NCBI RefSeq assembly: GCF_004010195.1
Contig: NC_057749.1
Span: 9,512,646 to 9,576,645 of the forward strand
Length of the DNA stretch: 64,000 bases
From: Chiloscyllium plagiosum
Taxonomy: Eukaryota
Direction of reading: 5' to 3'
Shown here: piece by piece, positions 51,400 to 63,004 of the stretch
How positions within the stretch are numbered: position 1 is the stretch's first letter
Layout of the letters: every line of letters starts with the position of its first letter
The notes under the pieces: model-generated
What the model was told of the DNA's origin: nothing
What the model saw: the letters and a program-made list of their open reading frames with translations, nothing else
Databases searched by the model: none
Program-made: the position numbers and the translations under genes

Positions 51400-52230
51400 C
51401 TCAATAAAGTCAGGTGAATGGCTAAAATTTGACCGTTGAATTCTAATTTGGATAAGTGTGAGGTAACCCATTTGATCAAAGGAATAAAAAGGCAACTTGT
51501 AATTGAAATGAAGGGAAACCTCTGAGTGCTTTGGTGCAGAGGGATCTGGGTATCCTTGTTAATGAATCATAGAAAACTAGTATGCAAGCACAGCAGTAAT
51601 AACGGAGGCAAGTGGAATTGTGGCATTTATTGCTAAAGGAATAGAGTATTAAAATAAGAAAATGTTGCTGCAACTGTACTAGGCTTTAGTGAGACAGCAG
51701 CTGAAGTATTATGTACAATTCTGCTCCACTTAAGGACAATGTAGTTGTCCTAAAGGCAGTTTGGGGGAGGGTCACTAGATCGATTCCAAAGATGAGAGGT
51801 TTGAGATTGAGCAATTTAGACCAATATTTTCTGGAGTTTAGAGGAATAATAAGAAATATGACTGAAATGTATAAGATACTGATGGGGATTGATAAAGGAG
51901 ATGCAGAAGGAGCGTTTTCTCATGTCGAGCAATCTGGAATAAGAGGTTATAGTTTTAGGATACAGGGTAGAACAAATATGATGAGAAATTACTTCTCCCA
52001 AAGGGTAGTGAACCTGTGGAATTCACTCCCACAGGGTTGAGTGGGTACTGGGTACATTGAGTAAATAGAAGGAGGTGATAGGCAGGTTTTTCATGAGTAA
52101 TGGGGTGAAGGGCTGTGGGAAGTGGGCAGGGGAGTGGAGTTGAGTCCGAGATGAGATCAGCCATAATCGTATTGAATGATGGAGCAGGCTAGAGGGGCTG
52201 AATGGCTGACTCCTTCTCCTTGATATTATG
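51400..52230 (+). mobile_element. Decayed CR1 LINE 3' end
   Basis: EMYKILMGIDK...RNYFSQRVVNLWNSLPQ. Confidence 0.8.
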
Positions 52231-52803
52231 TTTTGATTCTTATCAGGACAGTCACCAAGAATACCAAATTTCAAACAATCACCACAGTCTGTGCTGTAAG
52301 AGAAAATAAATTTGTTGACAACTCAACCCTGATTGGGTGAGACATTGCCATGGAGAAAGCAAAGGAGAACTACAGGTTGCCCCAAGCTCCCAGGTAATTC
52401 CAAAAAGGCTGGAACAGATTCCTTTTGTTTGTAGAGTAACAGATTAATGAGATGATGTTCTCCAGTTCCATTTGAACAGTGTAGCAGCAAGAGAATGAAG
52501 AGGCCAGGCTTGGAAGGAAGGTAAAAGTAGCAAGTGAGTGAAAGTTCAGGATTATTCAAATATTTAATACTTAATACTGCATCACAAGGAGAAATTACTT
52601 TTATTATTGACTTCAGTAACTAGTCAGGAGTGTGATGCAGGTTGAAAAGTTTCCACCAATTGTTAAAATCCTCCACATAATTATTACCTTTATAGCCAGT
52701 GTTTGCTGCTGCATCACTAGTACTTGAACCTTGAACATGTACATGGTTTAAAAGTCACAATAATGATTTACATTGACTGGTTGCCAGTGTGGGCTTAATC
52801 TAA

Positions 52804-52949
52804 ATGTGGAGGCACCGATGTTGGACTAGGGTGGACAAAATCAGAAGTCACATGACACCTGATTATAGTCCAACAGGTTTATCTGAAGTCATAAACAGAT
52901 TTCAAATAAACCTGTTGGTCTTTAACCTGGTGTTATATGACTTTTGAGG
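52804..52949. mobile_element. Palindromic element of the 30833 family lacking the central hammerhead
   Basis: Arms ttatagtccaacaggtttat and ataaacctgttggtctttaa. Flanked by a ttaatctaa duplication. Confidence 0.7.
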
Positions 52950-53169
52950 TTAATCTAAGAGGAAGCCAAATAAATATGAAGGAGAGAGAGGAATAGAAGA
53001 ACAAGGTGATAGGGTGAGAGGAAGGGGCATGTGAGGAGGTCCGAGGGTACATAGACATTAGTACAGGTCAGTTGGGCCAAATGATCTGTTCCTCAGCTCT
53101 GTAATGCAGATAATGTTCTGTGCAATTTCTTGGATTTCCGCATCCTTTAAGATCTTGCCTAATTTCAAC

Positions 53170-54650
53170 TGGCTGTTTTGAAGACAGATAGAGCCCTCGA
53201 TGAATACAAAGGTAGCAGGAAAGAACTCAAACAAGGAATTAGGAGGGCTAAGAGGGGTCTTAAAATGTCTTTGACAAACAGAATGAAGGAAAATCCCAAG
53301 GTGTTTTACACGCACATAAGGAGCAAGAGGGTAGTGAGGGAAAGGGTTGGTCCACTCAAGGACAAAAGGAGGGAATTTATGCGTGGAGCTGGAGGAAATG
53401 GGTGAGCTCTTTAACAAATACTTTGCATCTGTATTCACCAAAGAGAAAGACATGGTGGATGGCGAGTCTTGGGAGGGGTATGTTGATATTCTGGGTGATG
53501 TCAATATAAATAAGGAAGTAGCGTTGAGTATTTAAAAAGCATTAAGGTAGACTAGTCCCCTAGACCTGATGGGATCTATCCCACAATGCTGAGGGAGGCA
53601 GGAAAGGAGATTGCTGGGACCTTGTTCGAAATCTTTGTATCCGAAAGTCACAGGAGAGGTCCCAGAAAACCGCAAAATAGCCAACATTGTTCCTTTGTTT
53701 AATTAGGGCAACAGGGAAAATCTGGGAAATGAATCCAGTGAGCCCCTTCATCAGTGGTAGGGAAATTATTGGAGAAGATTCTTAGGAATAGGATATATTC
53801 ATAGTTGGAAAAATATGGACTTATTAGGGATAAGTGGCATGGCTTTGTGTGGGGAAGGTCGTGTCTCACAAATTTGATTAAGTTTTTTTGAGGAAATGAC
53901 AATGGGGAGTGATGGGAGCAGTAGATGCTGTCTACATGGACTTTAGCCATGCCTTTGACAAGATCCCTCATGGCAGGCTGATATGAAAGGTAAAGTCATT
54001 TGGGATCTTTGGTGAGCTGGTAAGATGGGAATAGAACTGGATTAGTCACAGAAGACAGAGCGTAGCAGTGGAAGGGTGTTTTATTGACTGGAGATCTATG
54101 ACCAGTGGTTTTCCACAGGGATCAGTGCTGGGACCCCTGTTGTTTGTAATATATACAAATGGAGGAGAATGTGGATCACCACCCTAGTAAATTTGTGGAT
54201 GAGCCAAAGATTGGAGGAGTTGCAGGTAGTGAGGAGGATTACCAGTGGATACAGTAGTAAGTGGCAATACAAGTGGATAAGGTGGTCAAGAAGGCATATT
54301 TTACATACTTGCATGTTAATGAAACAAAACCTGCAACCCATTCTGAAAGATGAAAGACTTAACAGCAATCTAGGTTTGTTCAATATATTGTTTCAGTTGC
54401 ATGACACTGTAATCTTTTGCTATAAATTCTATGTCTTACAATCCTGCTCCACAGCCACCTGTTGAAGGAGCAGCGCTCCAAAAACTAGTGCTTCCAAATA
54501 AACCTGTTTGACGATAACCTGGTGTTGTCTGATTTTTAAGTTTGTCCACCCCAGTCCAACACCGGCACCTCCACAAGAAGGCATATGTCACGCTTGCCTT
54601 CATCAGTCAGGACATACAGTATAAAAATTGACAAGTCATGTTGCAGCTGA
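53170..54650 (+). mobile_element. CR1 LINE ORF2 fragment ending about 40 bp from the exon 3 donor
   Basis: KENPKVFYTHIRSKRVVRERVGPLKD; LFNKYFASVFTKE; PQGSVLGPLLF-like segment. Confidence 0.88.
54300..54573 (+). mobile_element. PLE-derived insertion of the same family as 30833, hammerhead mutated
   Basis: cac CTGtTGA aggagcagcgctcc aAAA actagtg followed by the shared tail. 13-bp TSD caagaaggcatat at 54287-54299 and 54574-54586. Nested in a CR1. Confidence 0.8.
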
Positions 54651-54690
54651 GGGAGTTTCAGTGTAGCTCAGTGAATAGTGCAGAGCGTAC

Positions 54691-54743
54691 CTTCAGGAAT
54701 GCATCGACCAAGGACAAATCTGTAACCCTTGCAACATTTCTTC
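54691..54743 (-). CDS. CCBE1: CCBE1-family coding exon, equivalent to human exon 3 (53 nt): (R)KKCCKGYRFVLGRCIPE
   Basis: Minus strand reads tctctactttcag|G AAG AAA TGT TGC AAG GGT TAC AGA TTT GTC CTT GGT CGA TGC ATT CCT GAA G|gtacgc. Closely matches the recalled human CCBE1 segment RKKCCKGYKFVLGQCIPE. Ends in phase 1, compatible with the next exon. Confidence 0.95.
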
Positions 54744-55984
54744 CTGAAAGTAGAGAAACAAAGATTAATATGCTGCATGTTGATTCCATCATTTGCAGTG
54801 AAAAGTATTGTTTTGCATGCTATCCAGGCAAATCATACCTTGCTGAAGTACATCAGGGTAATAGAATGGAATAGAGAATATAATTTACAGCTAAAGAGAA
54901 GTTGCGGAGAAAGATCAACTCTAATATATGAGAGATCCATTCTGATAACAGCAGGGAGGAAGCTCTTCTTGAATCTGTTAATACATGTTATCAAACTTTT
55001 GTATTTTCTGCCTGATGGAAGAGAGTATAACCTGGGTTGGGAGGGGTCTTTGATTATATTGTTTGCTTTCATGAGGCAGCGGGATGTATAGATGGAGTCA
55101 ATGGAAGGAGGGCTGGGTTTCTGTGATGAACTGGGCTGTGTTCACAACACTCTATAATTTCTTTTTCATGAACAGATCCCTGAATCAAAGTGTCTAGAGA
55201 ACAGATGATATGGTTGTTAACAATATCTGTGGAACCTTTCTGTGCATATAGTGTTTTCAATCATGTTTGTCAATACATTCTTTCATGAGTGGTGAGCACT
55301 CTGGCTGGGCCAGCAGCTATTGTCCGTCCCTACCTGCCCTTGGGAATGTGGTGAGCTGCCTTCTTGAACCACTGCAGTCCACATGCTGTAGGTAGACACC
55401 TAGTACAGTTAAGGAGGGAGTTCCAGGACTTTGACACAGTGACACTGATCAGTGATATATTTCAAAGACAGGATGGTGAGGATCTTAGAAAGAAATGTCA
55501 AGGTAATGTTTTCTCCTGTATCTGCTGCCCTTGTCCTTCTGTGCTGTAGAAGCTACAGGTTTGGAGGGTGCTGTGGGAGGACCCTTGGTGAATTACTGCA
55601 ATGCATCTTGTAGATGGTACATACTGTTGCCACCGTGCATGGGTGAGTAGAGAGAGTGAATGTTAATGCAGGTGGATGCCACATTTCCTATGTTACAATG
55701 ATGATTACATGTCAAAAAATGACTTTCTTGCTTGTAAAGATGTTGGGACATTGTGTGGCTGTGAGAGGTACTGGATGAAATGCAAGTTTTATTTTTCTTG
55801 CTCAAACAGAATAGTGCGGAATTTAATCTTGATCTCACTGTTGTGCAAAATTGATGTCAAAACTGTCCAAACAAAAAGGTATGGTTGCTTTCCATAGCAG
55901 CAACACCAGATACTGTGGGTGCAGAATTCAGGAAAGTTTCACAAGTGCTTTGTTTTAAAGAAACTGCTCCATCTATCAGAGACA

Positions 55985-56550
55985 GAGTCACCTTTAGCAT
56001 GGCAACAGGCCCTTAGGCTCAACTTGCCCATGCCGTCCAGTTCTCACAATTAAATTAGTTCTATTTTGCCTGTGTTTGGTCTATATCACATCCATGTACC
56101 TGTCTAAATCCTTCTTAAACGTCAAAATTGTACTCGCCTCCACCACTACCTCTGACAGCCTGTTCCAGGCACTCACCACCCTCTGTGTGAAAACATTGAC
56201 CCTTTTGTATCTCTCCCATCTCACCTTAAGCCTATGCCCTTTAGTTTTAAACTTCCCCACCATGAGGAAAAGCTGTTGGCTATCAACTTTATCCACATCC
56301 CTCTTGATTTTATAGACCTCTATAAGGTCACCCCTCAGCCTCCTACGCTCCAGAGCAAAATGTCCAGCCTATCCAGCCTTATTACTCAAACCGTCTAGTC
56401 CAGGCACCATCCGAGTAAATCTTTTCTACACTCTTTCTAGTTTAGTAATATCCTTTCTATAGTAGGGCGACAGGAACTGCATGCAGTACTCCAAATGTGG
56501 CCTCACCAATGTCTTGTACAGCTGCAACAAGACATCCCAGCTTCTGTACT
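55985..56550 (-). mobile_element. CR1 LINE 3' end
   Basis: KTKGHRLKVR...FTQRVVSAWNRL...TFKKDLDRYMD. Confidence 0.85.
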
Positions 56551-58067
56551 CTGATTACACATCCCTGGACACTCTGGGCAATTTAGCATGGCCAATCTAC
56601 CCAACCTGCTCATCTTTGGACTTTGGGAGAAAACCCATGCAGACACAGGGAGATTGGTGACTGTCTGTGTGGAGTTTGTACAAACTCTGGAATCGCTCAC
56701 GGGTCCCTGGCGTTGTGATAGGCTGATTTATGAGGATGACTGATAAATGGGTCTCCTGTGAAACTGTACTGCAAAATGAAGATAGACAGTGCATGGCTAA
56801 GATGAATAAAAATATTTCTTCACTGGAGCAGAGTCAAACATGTTTTTTGAAAATTCATTCATAGGATTTGTGTTGCTGGCTGGACCAGTATTGAATGCAC
56901 ATCCCTTAGAATCAACCACATTGAGTTGGTCTCGAGTTACATGTAGGCCAGACCAGGTAGGGATGACGGTTTCCTTCCTAAAGGGTATTAGCAAACCAGA
57001 TCAACAATGGCTTCATGATCGTCATGAGACTTTTCACTCTGGACTTTTGTTTTTTCTGGAGATGGTTGGATTTAAATGGAGGTTCCCCAGAATCTCTGGG
57101 ATTAAGAGCCGAGTGATAACACTACAAAGCCGTTGCCTCCCCACAGTTTGTGGTTATTAAAGTGTTTCAGGAAGACCCAAGTCACCATTCAGCAAGTACT
57201 GAGTGCCAGTGACACCATCTTATCACTGCTGTTTGAAGTTGATCTCTCTCTCCCCACATCCTGAGGAAACAGGGAGAAAGCAAGATTGTAGCAACATCGT
57301 AAGCAGCTATTTCCTGTGAAGGCTGTCTGGAGGACTATACCCCAGACCAAGTGGAAAAAACCTTCTCCCCACCAACTGCCACGTTGAATTTGCTGCACTT
57401 GGGTTGAAGCTGCAGAATTCTTAGGCTCTCAACACTAAGGTTAGAGAGGAGGGTGGCAGGGTGATGGACACATCCACATTCCTTGTGGATAATTCAAACT
57501 GTATGAGTTTGATCATAAACCCTCTACTCTTTTATGGAGCTTGTGTGTCACTAGCAAGGCCCGCACTTTATTGTTCATTCCTAACTGAACTAAATGGCAT
57601 GTTTGGTCATTTCACAGGGCAGTTGAGAGTTAACATGGTGCAGTGGTAGCATCCTAACCCAGACCAAGAGGTCCAGGTTCAAGTCCCACCTGCTCCAGAG
57701 GTGTGTCACAACATCTGTGAGTGAGTTGGTTAGAAAATTAGGTTAATGAGAAAGTTTTTCTTCACAAAAAGAGTTAACTATATTGCTGTGGTTCTGGAGT
57801 CAATGTCGTCCAGAACAAGTAAGGATAGTAGGTTTCCTTGACAAAGCTCATTAGTGAACCAGATGGATTGTACATTGAATAGTTTTCTTGGTCACCATTA
57901 CATTTCACATTTTCATTTATTGAACTTAAATGCCTCCAGCCACCATGGTGTGTTCTGAACCTACGTCCCAGAGCTTTAGCCTGGGTCTTTGGATCATTAG
58001 TCCAGTGATACTACCATTATGTCACTGTCTACTGAGGAGATGCCTGTTGATACCCATTACCTAAGGA

Positions 58068-58402
58068 GAGGTGATAACCTCATGGTATCATTGCTGGGCT
58101 CTGAACCCAGAGACTCAGGCCATCTTCCAGGGACCCATGTTCAAATCCCATTGCAGCAGATGGTGGAATTTGAATTTAATAAAAATCTGAAATTAAGAGA
58201 GTAATGATTGTCAACTGTTTGGGGAAAAAAAACCATCTGGTTCGCTAATGTCTTTTAGGGAAGGAAATCTGCCATCCTTACCTGGTCTGGTCTACATGTG
58301 ACTCAGACCCAATGTGGTTGACTCTTAACTACCCTCTGGACAGTTAGGGATGGGCAATAAATGCTGCCTAGCTATTGACACCCTCATGCCATGAATGAAT
58401 TT
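58068..58402 (+). mobile_element. tRNA-derived SINE sharing its 3' end with the 16965 LINE family; other copies at about 28780-29125(-), 56850-57140(-), 57540-58020(-), 63740-64000(-)
   Basis: B-box-like gttcaaatccc, body ccatctggttcgctaatgtcttttagggaaggaaatctgcc, tail ttagggatgggcaataaatgctg. Confidence 0.65.
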
Positions 58403-59433
58403 TAAAAAGCCCTGGACTGAGTTACTGGATGCCTCTTTGCACATGTCTTACCGAGTTGATAGAAGCAGATTGGGAAACAAATTGAATCTAAAGATGAGTT
58501 GGACAAGTTACCTATACCTAATGTGATTCACCAATGTCTCAGCTGGTTGAACCTGTTGGTAACATCTGCAGGACTCAAGGAAACCCCATTCTTCACATTT
58601 TGGCTTTTTCCCTTTGGCCCAACATTGGTGTCCATGCCTTCAGCTACCTTAGGCCCAAGTTCTAGAAATCCCTCGACCCTTTTGCCTCTCTCTCTCTCTC
58701 TCTCTTTCTCTCCCCTCCATTAAAACACTACTTTAATAAACACTGCCTAACCAAGCCTTTGCTAACTTGACCACAGTGGCTCAGTGTCAAATTTTTATCC
58801 CTCTGAAGTGGCTTGAGACATTTTATTTTGTTAAAGGTTCTATACCAATGCAAATGGTTGTTGTTGATGAGGACTCTGAAAGGCACCAGTTAGAGTTCCC
58901 TTGTGTTATGTAGCTCACTGATAACGCTAGGAATCATCTTGTGGACAATGTTACAATGTTAAAAGCTCGATATATGACCTTGAACCCACTCCACAGAACC
59001 AAGTTAGCAACAACCAATGTAAAATGAACTTTAAAAGCATCTAAAAACTATAGGCTCACGAGATAAGAACTGCTCTAAAACAGGCAATTTCATTGAGGAA
59101 GCAGGTGACAATAGCTTTAGTTAGACAGCGGTGCACTGGGCTGGGCTGGAAGGTTTGCTAGCGAGGTTGAAGTGAAACTGTGTCACTGACATTTTGTTCC
59201 CTATATTAAAGTTCCTCCAGCAATCAGTGATGTCCACTGAAAGCCATACCTTGCCCCTGCTACTAATCTCTCCCCCATCCCCTCCCATCTGACCCCTTCC
59301 CCTCATCCCACCTCCATTCAGCCCTTGGCCTGAGATGTACAACTCGCCATCAGGCTCTCTGGTGCAGTACCATCAACAGCCACTATACCTCCTTGGCGCT
59401 GATGGGCACAGAGAGAGGCATTGACCCTCAAAT

Positions 59434-59525
59434 CTGAAAATGTGTTGCTGGAAAAGCGCAGCAGGTCAGGCAGCATCCAGGGAACAGGAGAATCGACGTT
59501 TCGGGCATAAGCCCTTCTTCAGGAA
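59434..59525 (-). mobile_element. PLE-derived mini-insertion with hammerhead core (59492-59525)
   Basis: Near reverse complement of the 27843 copy. 8-bp TSD cctcaaat at 59426-59433 and 59526-59533. Confidence 0.82.
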
Positions 59526-60051
59526 CCTCAAATGGCAAAGAGACAAGAGTGGGCAGCCCTCCAACTGCAGAGCCTCAAAGTTCGGGGTGGGTCACTTCCA
59601 TCCAGTGGGGAGTCACCACACCTTAGGCAAGGGGTACGTTTGAGAAGGAGAATCCTTCATGGTAACCTCCATCGGTGTGGGAATGGAACCCATGCTCTTG
59701 GTTTCTCTCTGAATTGCAAACCAGCCATCGTTAGAAGAGGCAACAATGGGCTTTCACTGCATCTTCAGCCAATGTGTGAAGCCCTGCAGTCGAGTGAGGT
59801 AATGGTTCCGAAATACTTAACGTTTTGCCTGGTCTGATTATCCATCTTTGAGTGGAATATCAGTTAGATTCTGGCACAGTCTCCTGATGGAGACAGATTG
59901 TCTTCTCTCATTAATAATAGTTACTATGCTGAAGGTAGTTAATATGCCTAACCTGTTACTGTTATGTGTTAAACTACACCTTGTAATGGAATACAAGATT
60001 CCATTCTGTTGAGACTCATGCATGCTGCAGCCTCCCCCATGGATTCCTAAA

Positions 60052-60520
60052 TAGGTAAAGTTGCCATTGTCCCCGAGGGCTGCTCTTTCATTACGGCGAG
60101 ATGTTTGGTAGTGGTTTAACCTGAAGGTTACCACGCCTCAGACGAGGGGAAAGGTTGAGCGAGAGTCCTTCATGGTAACCTCAGTCAGTGCAGGAATTGA
60201 ACCCTGGTGTCACTCTGCATTGCAAACCAGCCACCCAGCGAACTGAGCTAACCAACTGTCCCCCCCCCAGAACATTGGAAGGAGGTGTGGTGGCAGGACT
60301 GTACTCAGACATGGCTGGGTGGCAATGCAGAGTGACACCAACAGCGTGGGTTCAATTCCCGCACCAGCTGAGGTGACAATGAAGGATCTCCTTCTCAAAC
60401 TCTCCCCTCACCTGAGGCATGGTGGTCCTCAGGTTAAACTCAGGTTAAACTCACCACCAGTCATCTCCATCTGATGAGAGATCAGCCCTGTGATGTAGTA
60501 GGATGATGGTGACTTCACTT
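60052..60520. mobile_element. Two copies of a tRNA-derived SINE in head-to-head inverted orientation; a third fragment at about 59590-59730
   Basis: Left (minus) ccttcatggtaacctcag..gcaggaattgaaccc..tggtgtcactctgcattgc. Right (plus) gcaatgcagagtgacacca..gggttcaattcccgc..ctgaggtgacaatgaagga. Confidence 0.72.
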
Positions 60521-60699
60521 TTTACTTTTAGTGGTTTTTACCCAGGCATAGCAACCTGTTATAACTCCCATCACCTCTGTTAAATATCACTCATCTCTTT
60601 TTTTCAACCAGTTATATTGCCATTCCCTTCGGCCTTTTACATCATGTGGTGTCTCTGCCCTATACCATATCACAGAGCTTCTCCTTTATTCTTCTTCCA

Positions 60700-61190
60700 G
60701 AACCTTCCCCCTTTTGCTTGCTCAAAACCACCTCTGACCTCTCAGTTCTGGTCAAAGGTTATGGACCTGGAACATCAGTTCTGTTTTTCTCTCCCTCTCT
60801 GCCATTTCTGCCTGACCTGCTGCATTTGTATGTTTTTATTTCAGATCTCCAACAACTGCAGTGTTGTGAAAACCAAAAGAACTGCGGATGCTGGAAATCA
60901 GAAACAAAAACAGAAGTTGCTGGAAAAGCTGAGCAGGTCTGACAGCATTGTTGGAGAGAAATCAATAGTTACATCCTCAGAACTGATGGGAGTGAGGAAA
61001 ATGTCGCTTAATATTCAGAAGATAGGGTGGGGGGAGGATGTAAGGAGTAAATGATAGGTGGTGATAGAGCCCAAAGAGAGAAAGGACAGTTGAACAGACA
61101 AAGGAGTGGATAACGATCTGGCTAGGAGGGTGAGTATCTATTAATGCGAACTATTAGTGGCTAACAATGGGTTTTGTGTAATAGCAGTAT
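60700..61190. mobile_element. Adjacent decayed PLE-derived 3' ends in opposite orientation
   Basis: Contains aaagaactgcggatgctggaaatcagaaacaaaaacagaagttgctggaaaagc, as in the 19011 element, and a purine-rich UTR. Boundaries are approximate. Confidence 0.55.
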
Positions 61191-61475
61191 TGAGCTGGGA
61201 TGTAAGTGTGCTGTTCAACCTCAATCATCTTCGTTCATCACTGGTATAATATCAGTCTCTGTTTTGGATGGGGACAAGGAGGTAGTGAGCCATAAGTGAT
61301 TAGTGAGTATCTATTAATGCGGACTATTAGTGGCTAACAATGGGTTTTGTGGAATAGCAGTATTGTGCTGGGATGTAAGTGTGCTGTTCAACCTCAATCA
61401 TCTTCGTTCATCACTGGTATAATATCAGTCTCTGTTTTGGATGGGGACAAGGAGGTAGTGAGCCATAAGTGATTA
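61130..61475 (+). repeat. Direct tandem duplication, 2 x 173 bp
   Basis: 61130-61302 and 61303-61475; I counted 3 substitutions. Confidence 0.93.
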
Positions 61476-61940
61476 AGGTGAATGCGGTGCTGCAAGAAAG
61501 TCACATGCAAACTGGTGATGCCAATTCTTGCCAAGTCAATCTCAAAGTAGTCTCCACAAATCCCTGAATAGAGGGTGCAGCAAAACATACCAGCTGACCC
61601 AAGGTGCTTTTACCATAATATAAATCATTAACGTGCAAGCGCACTATTACCTTAGCTTGCAGACAATAACAGATGGTGCTAAAGCACTCAGTCAACAAAG
61701 ACTCTGGGAAAGTGGCTGCAGAACTAGGGATTGTCCAGAAGGTGGAGCAGTGGCTCTGCATTCATTAGAAAAATCCAGCATTGGGCTCCCTACCAGAGAA
61801 AGTTTGCAGCAACTTTATTCAATTTCATAGTAAATATTAAGTGTTAATGTTACACACAGTGACTGAATGGATAGAGCAAATGTTGAAAACTGTTTACTGT
61901 TGGCAGGAGAGTCAATAACCAGAGGACAATGTGGTTAAGG

Positions 61941-62067
61941 CAAAAATGAGGACTGCAGATGCTGGAGATCAGAGACTGGATTAGAGTGGTGCTGGAAAAG
62001 CACAGCAGGTCAGGCAGTATCCGAGGACCAGGAAAATCGATGTTTCAGGCAAAAGCCCTTCATCAAC
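61941..62067 (-). mobile_element. PLE-derived mini-insertion with decayed hammerhead
   Basis: Same tail family. Minus strand tTGATGA agggcttttgcct GAAAC atc. 10-bp TSD gtggttaagg at 61931-61940 and 62068-62077. Confidence 0.78.
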
Positions 62068-63004
62068 GTGGTTAAGGTTACTGGCAAAGAAACTAGTGGT
62101 GATGTGAGGCAAAGACCTATCTACGCAGCCCAGCTGTACTAGCCTGGAATTCGCTGCCTGGGATGGCAGTGCAAGCAGATTCAATACTACGTTTTCAAAA
62201 GGGAACTAAATATTTAACACTGACTCGTTTGTAGGGCTACAGAGAAAGAGCAGGGGAATGGGACTAATTAGATAGCTCTTGCAAAGTTGTGGCTCAATGG
62301 GCTGAATGGCCACAGTCTGTGATATAAAGTTCTATGATTCTGCACTGAGTTTAGGATGTGTGTCAATCTCTGAGATTTGCTTAGCTAGCCAATGTGACTG
62401 CTCTTCTTCTTGTTGCAAGCTCAGTGTTTTGCATTGCTCCCAGTTTGGAAAGATTGAGAAACAAGGTGAGACAGGACAAGAAGTATCGGGGTTAGACACC
62501 TGGAAACATTGAAAAGGCATTCACCCCTTTGATTCTGCTCCCCAATTCAATATGATCATCCAACTCAGTCCCCTGGTCCCACTTTCCCTCTTTGATCCCT
62601 TTGGCCCTAAGAACTACATCAAACTCTTTCCTGAAAACTTTCAATGTTTTGTCTTCAGTCACTTTGTGTGACAGAAAGTTCCACAGGCTCATCGCTCTTG
62701 GGTGACAAAATTTCTCCTCATCTCAGTCCTAGGTGCCTTAACCCTGTGACCCCTGGTCCGGCCATGTTACTGTGGGTGTGGAGTTACAGATACGTCTGGT
62801 GATGGATTCCAGATTTCCTTCCCGAAAGGACTTTGGATGTGGGTATTGTCAGCAACTGGTGATAGTCCCAGTGTCACCGTCACTGGGATGAGCTTTATAT
62901 ATTCATTTAAATTTAAACCAGCCTGGGAAAGGTTTGCCCTCATCTGCCTGTATTAATTGACTCACTGAGCCATGGCTGTTTTAGAGCAGAGTGAAGGGAG
63001 AACG

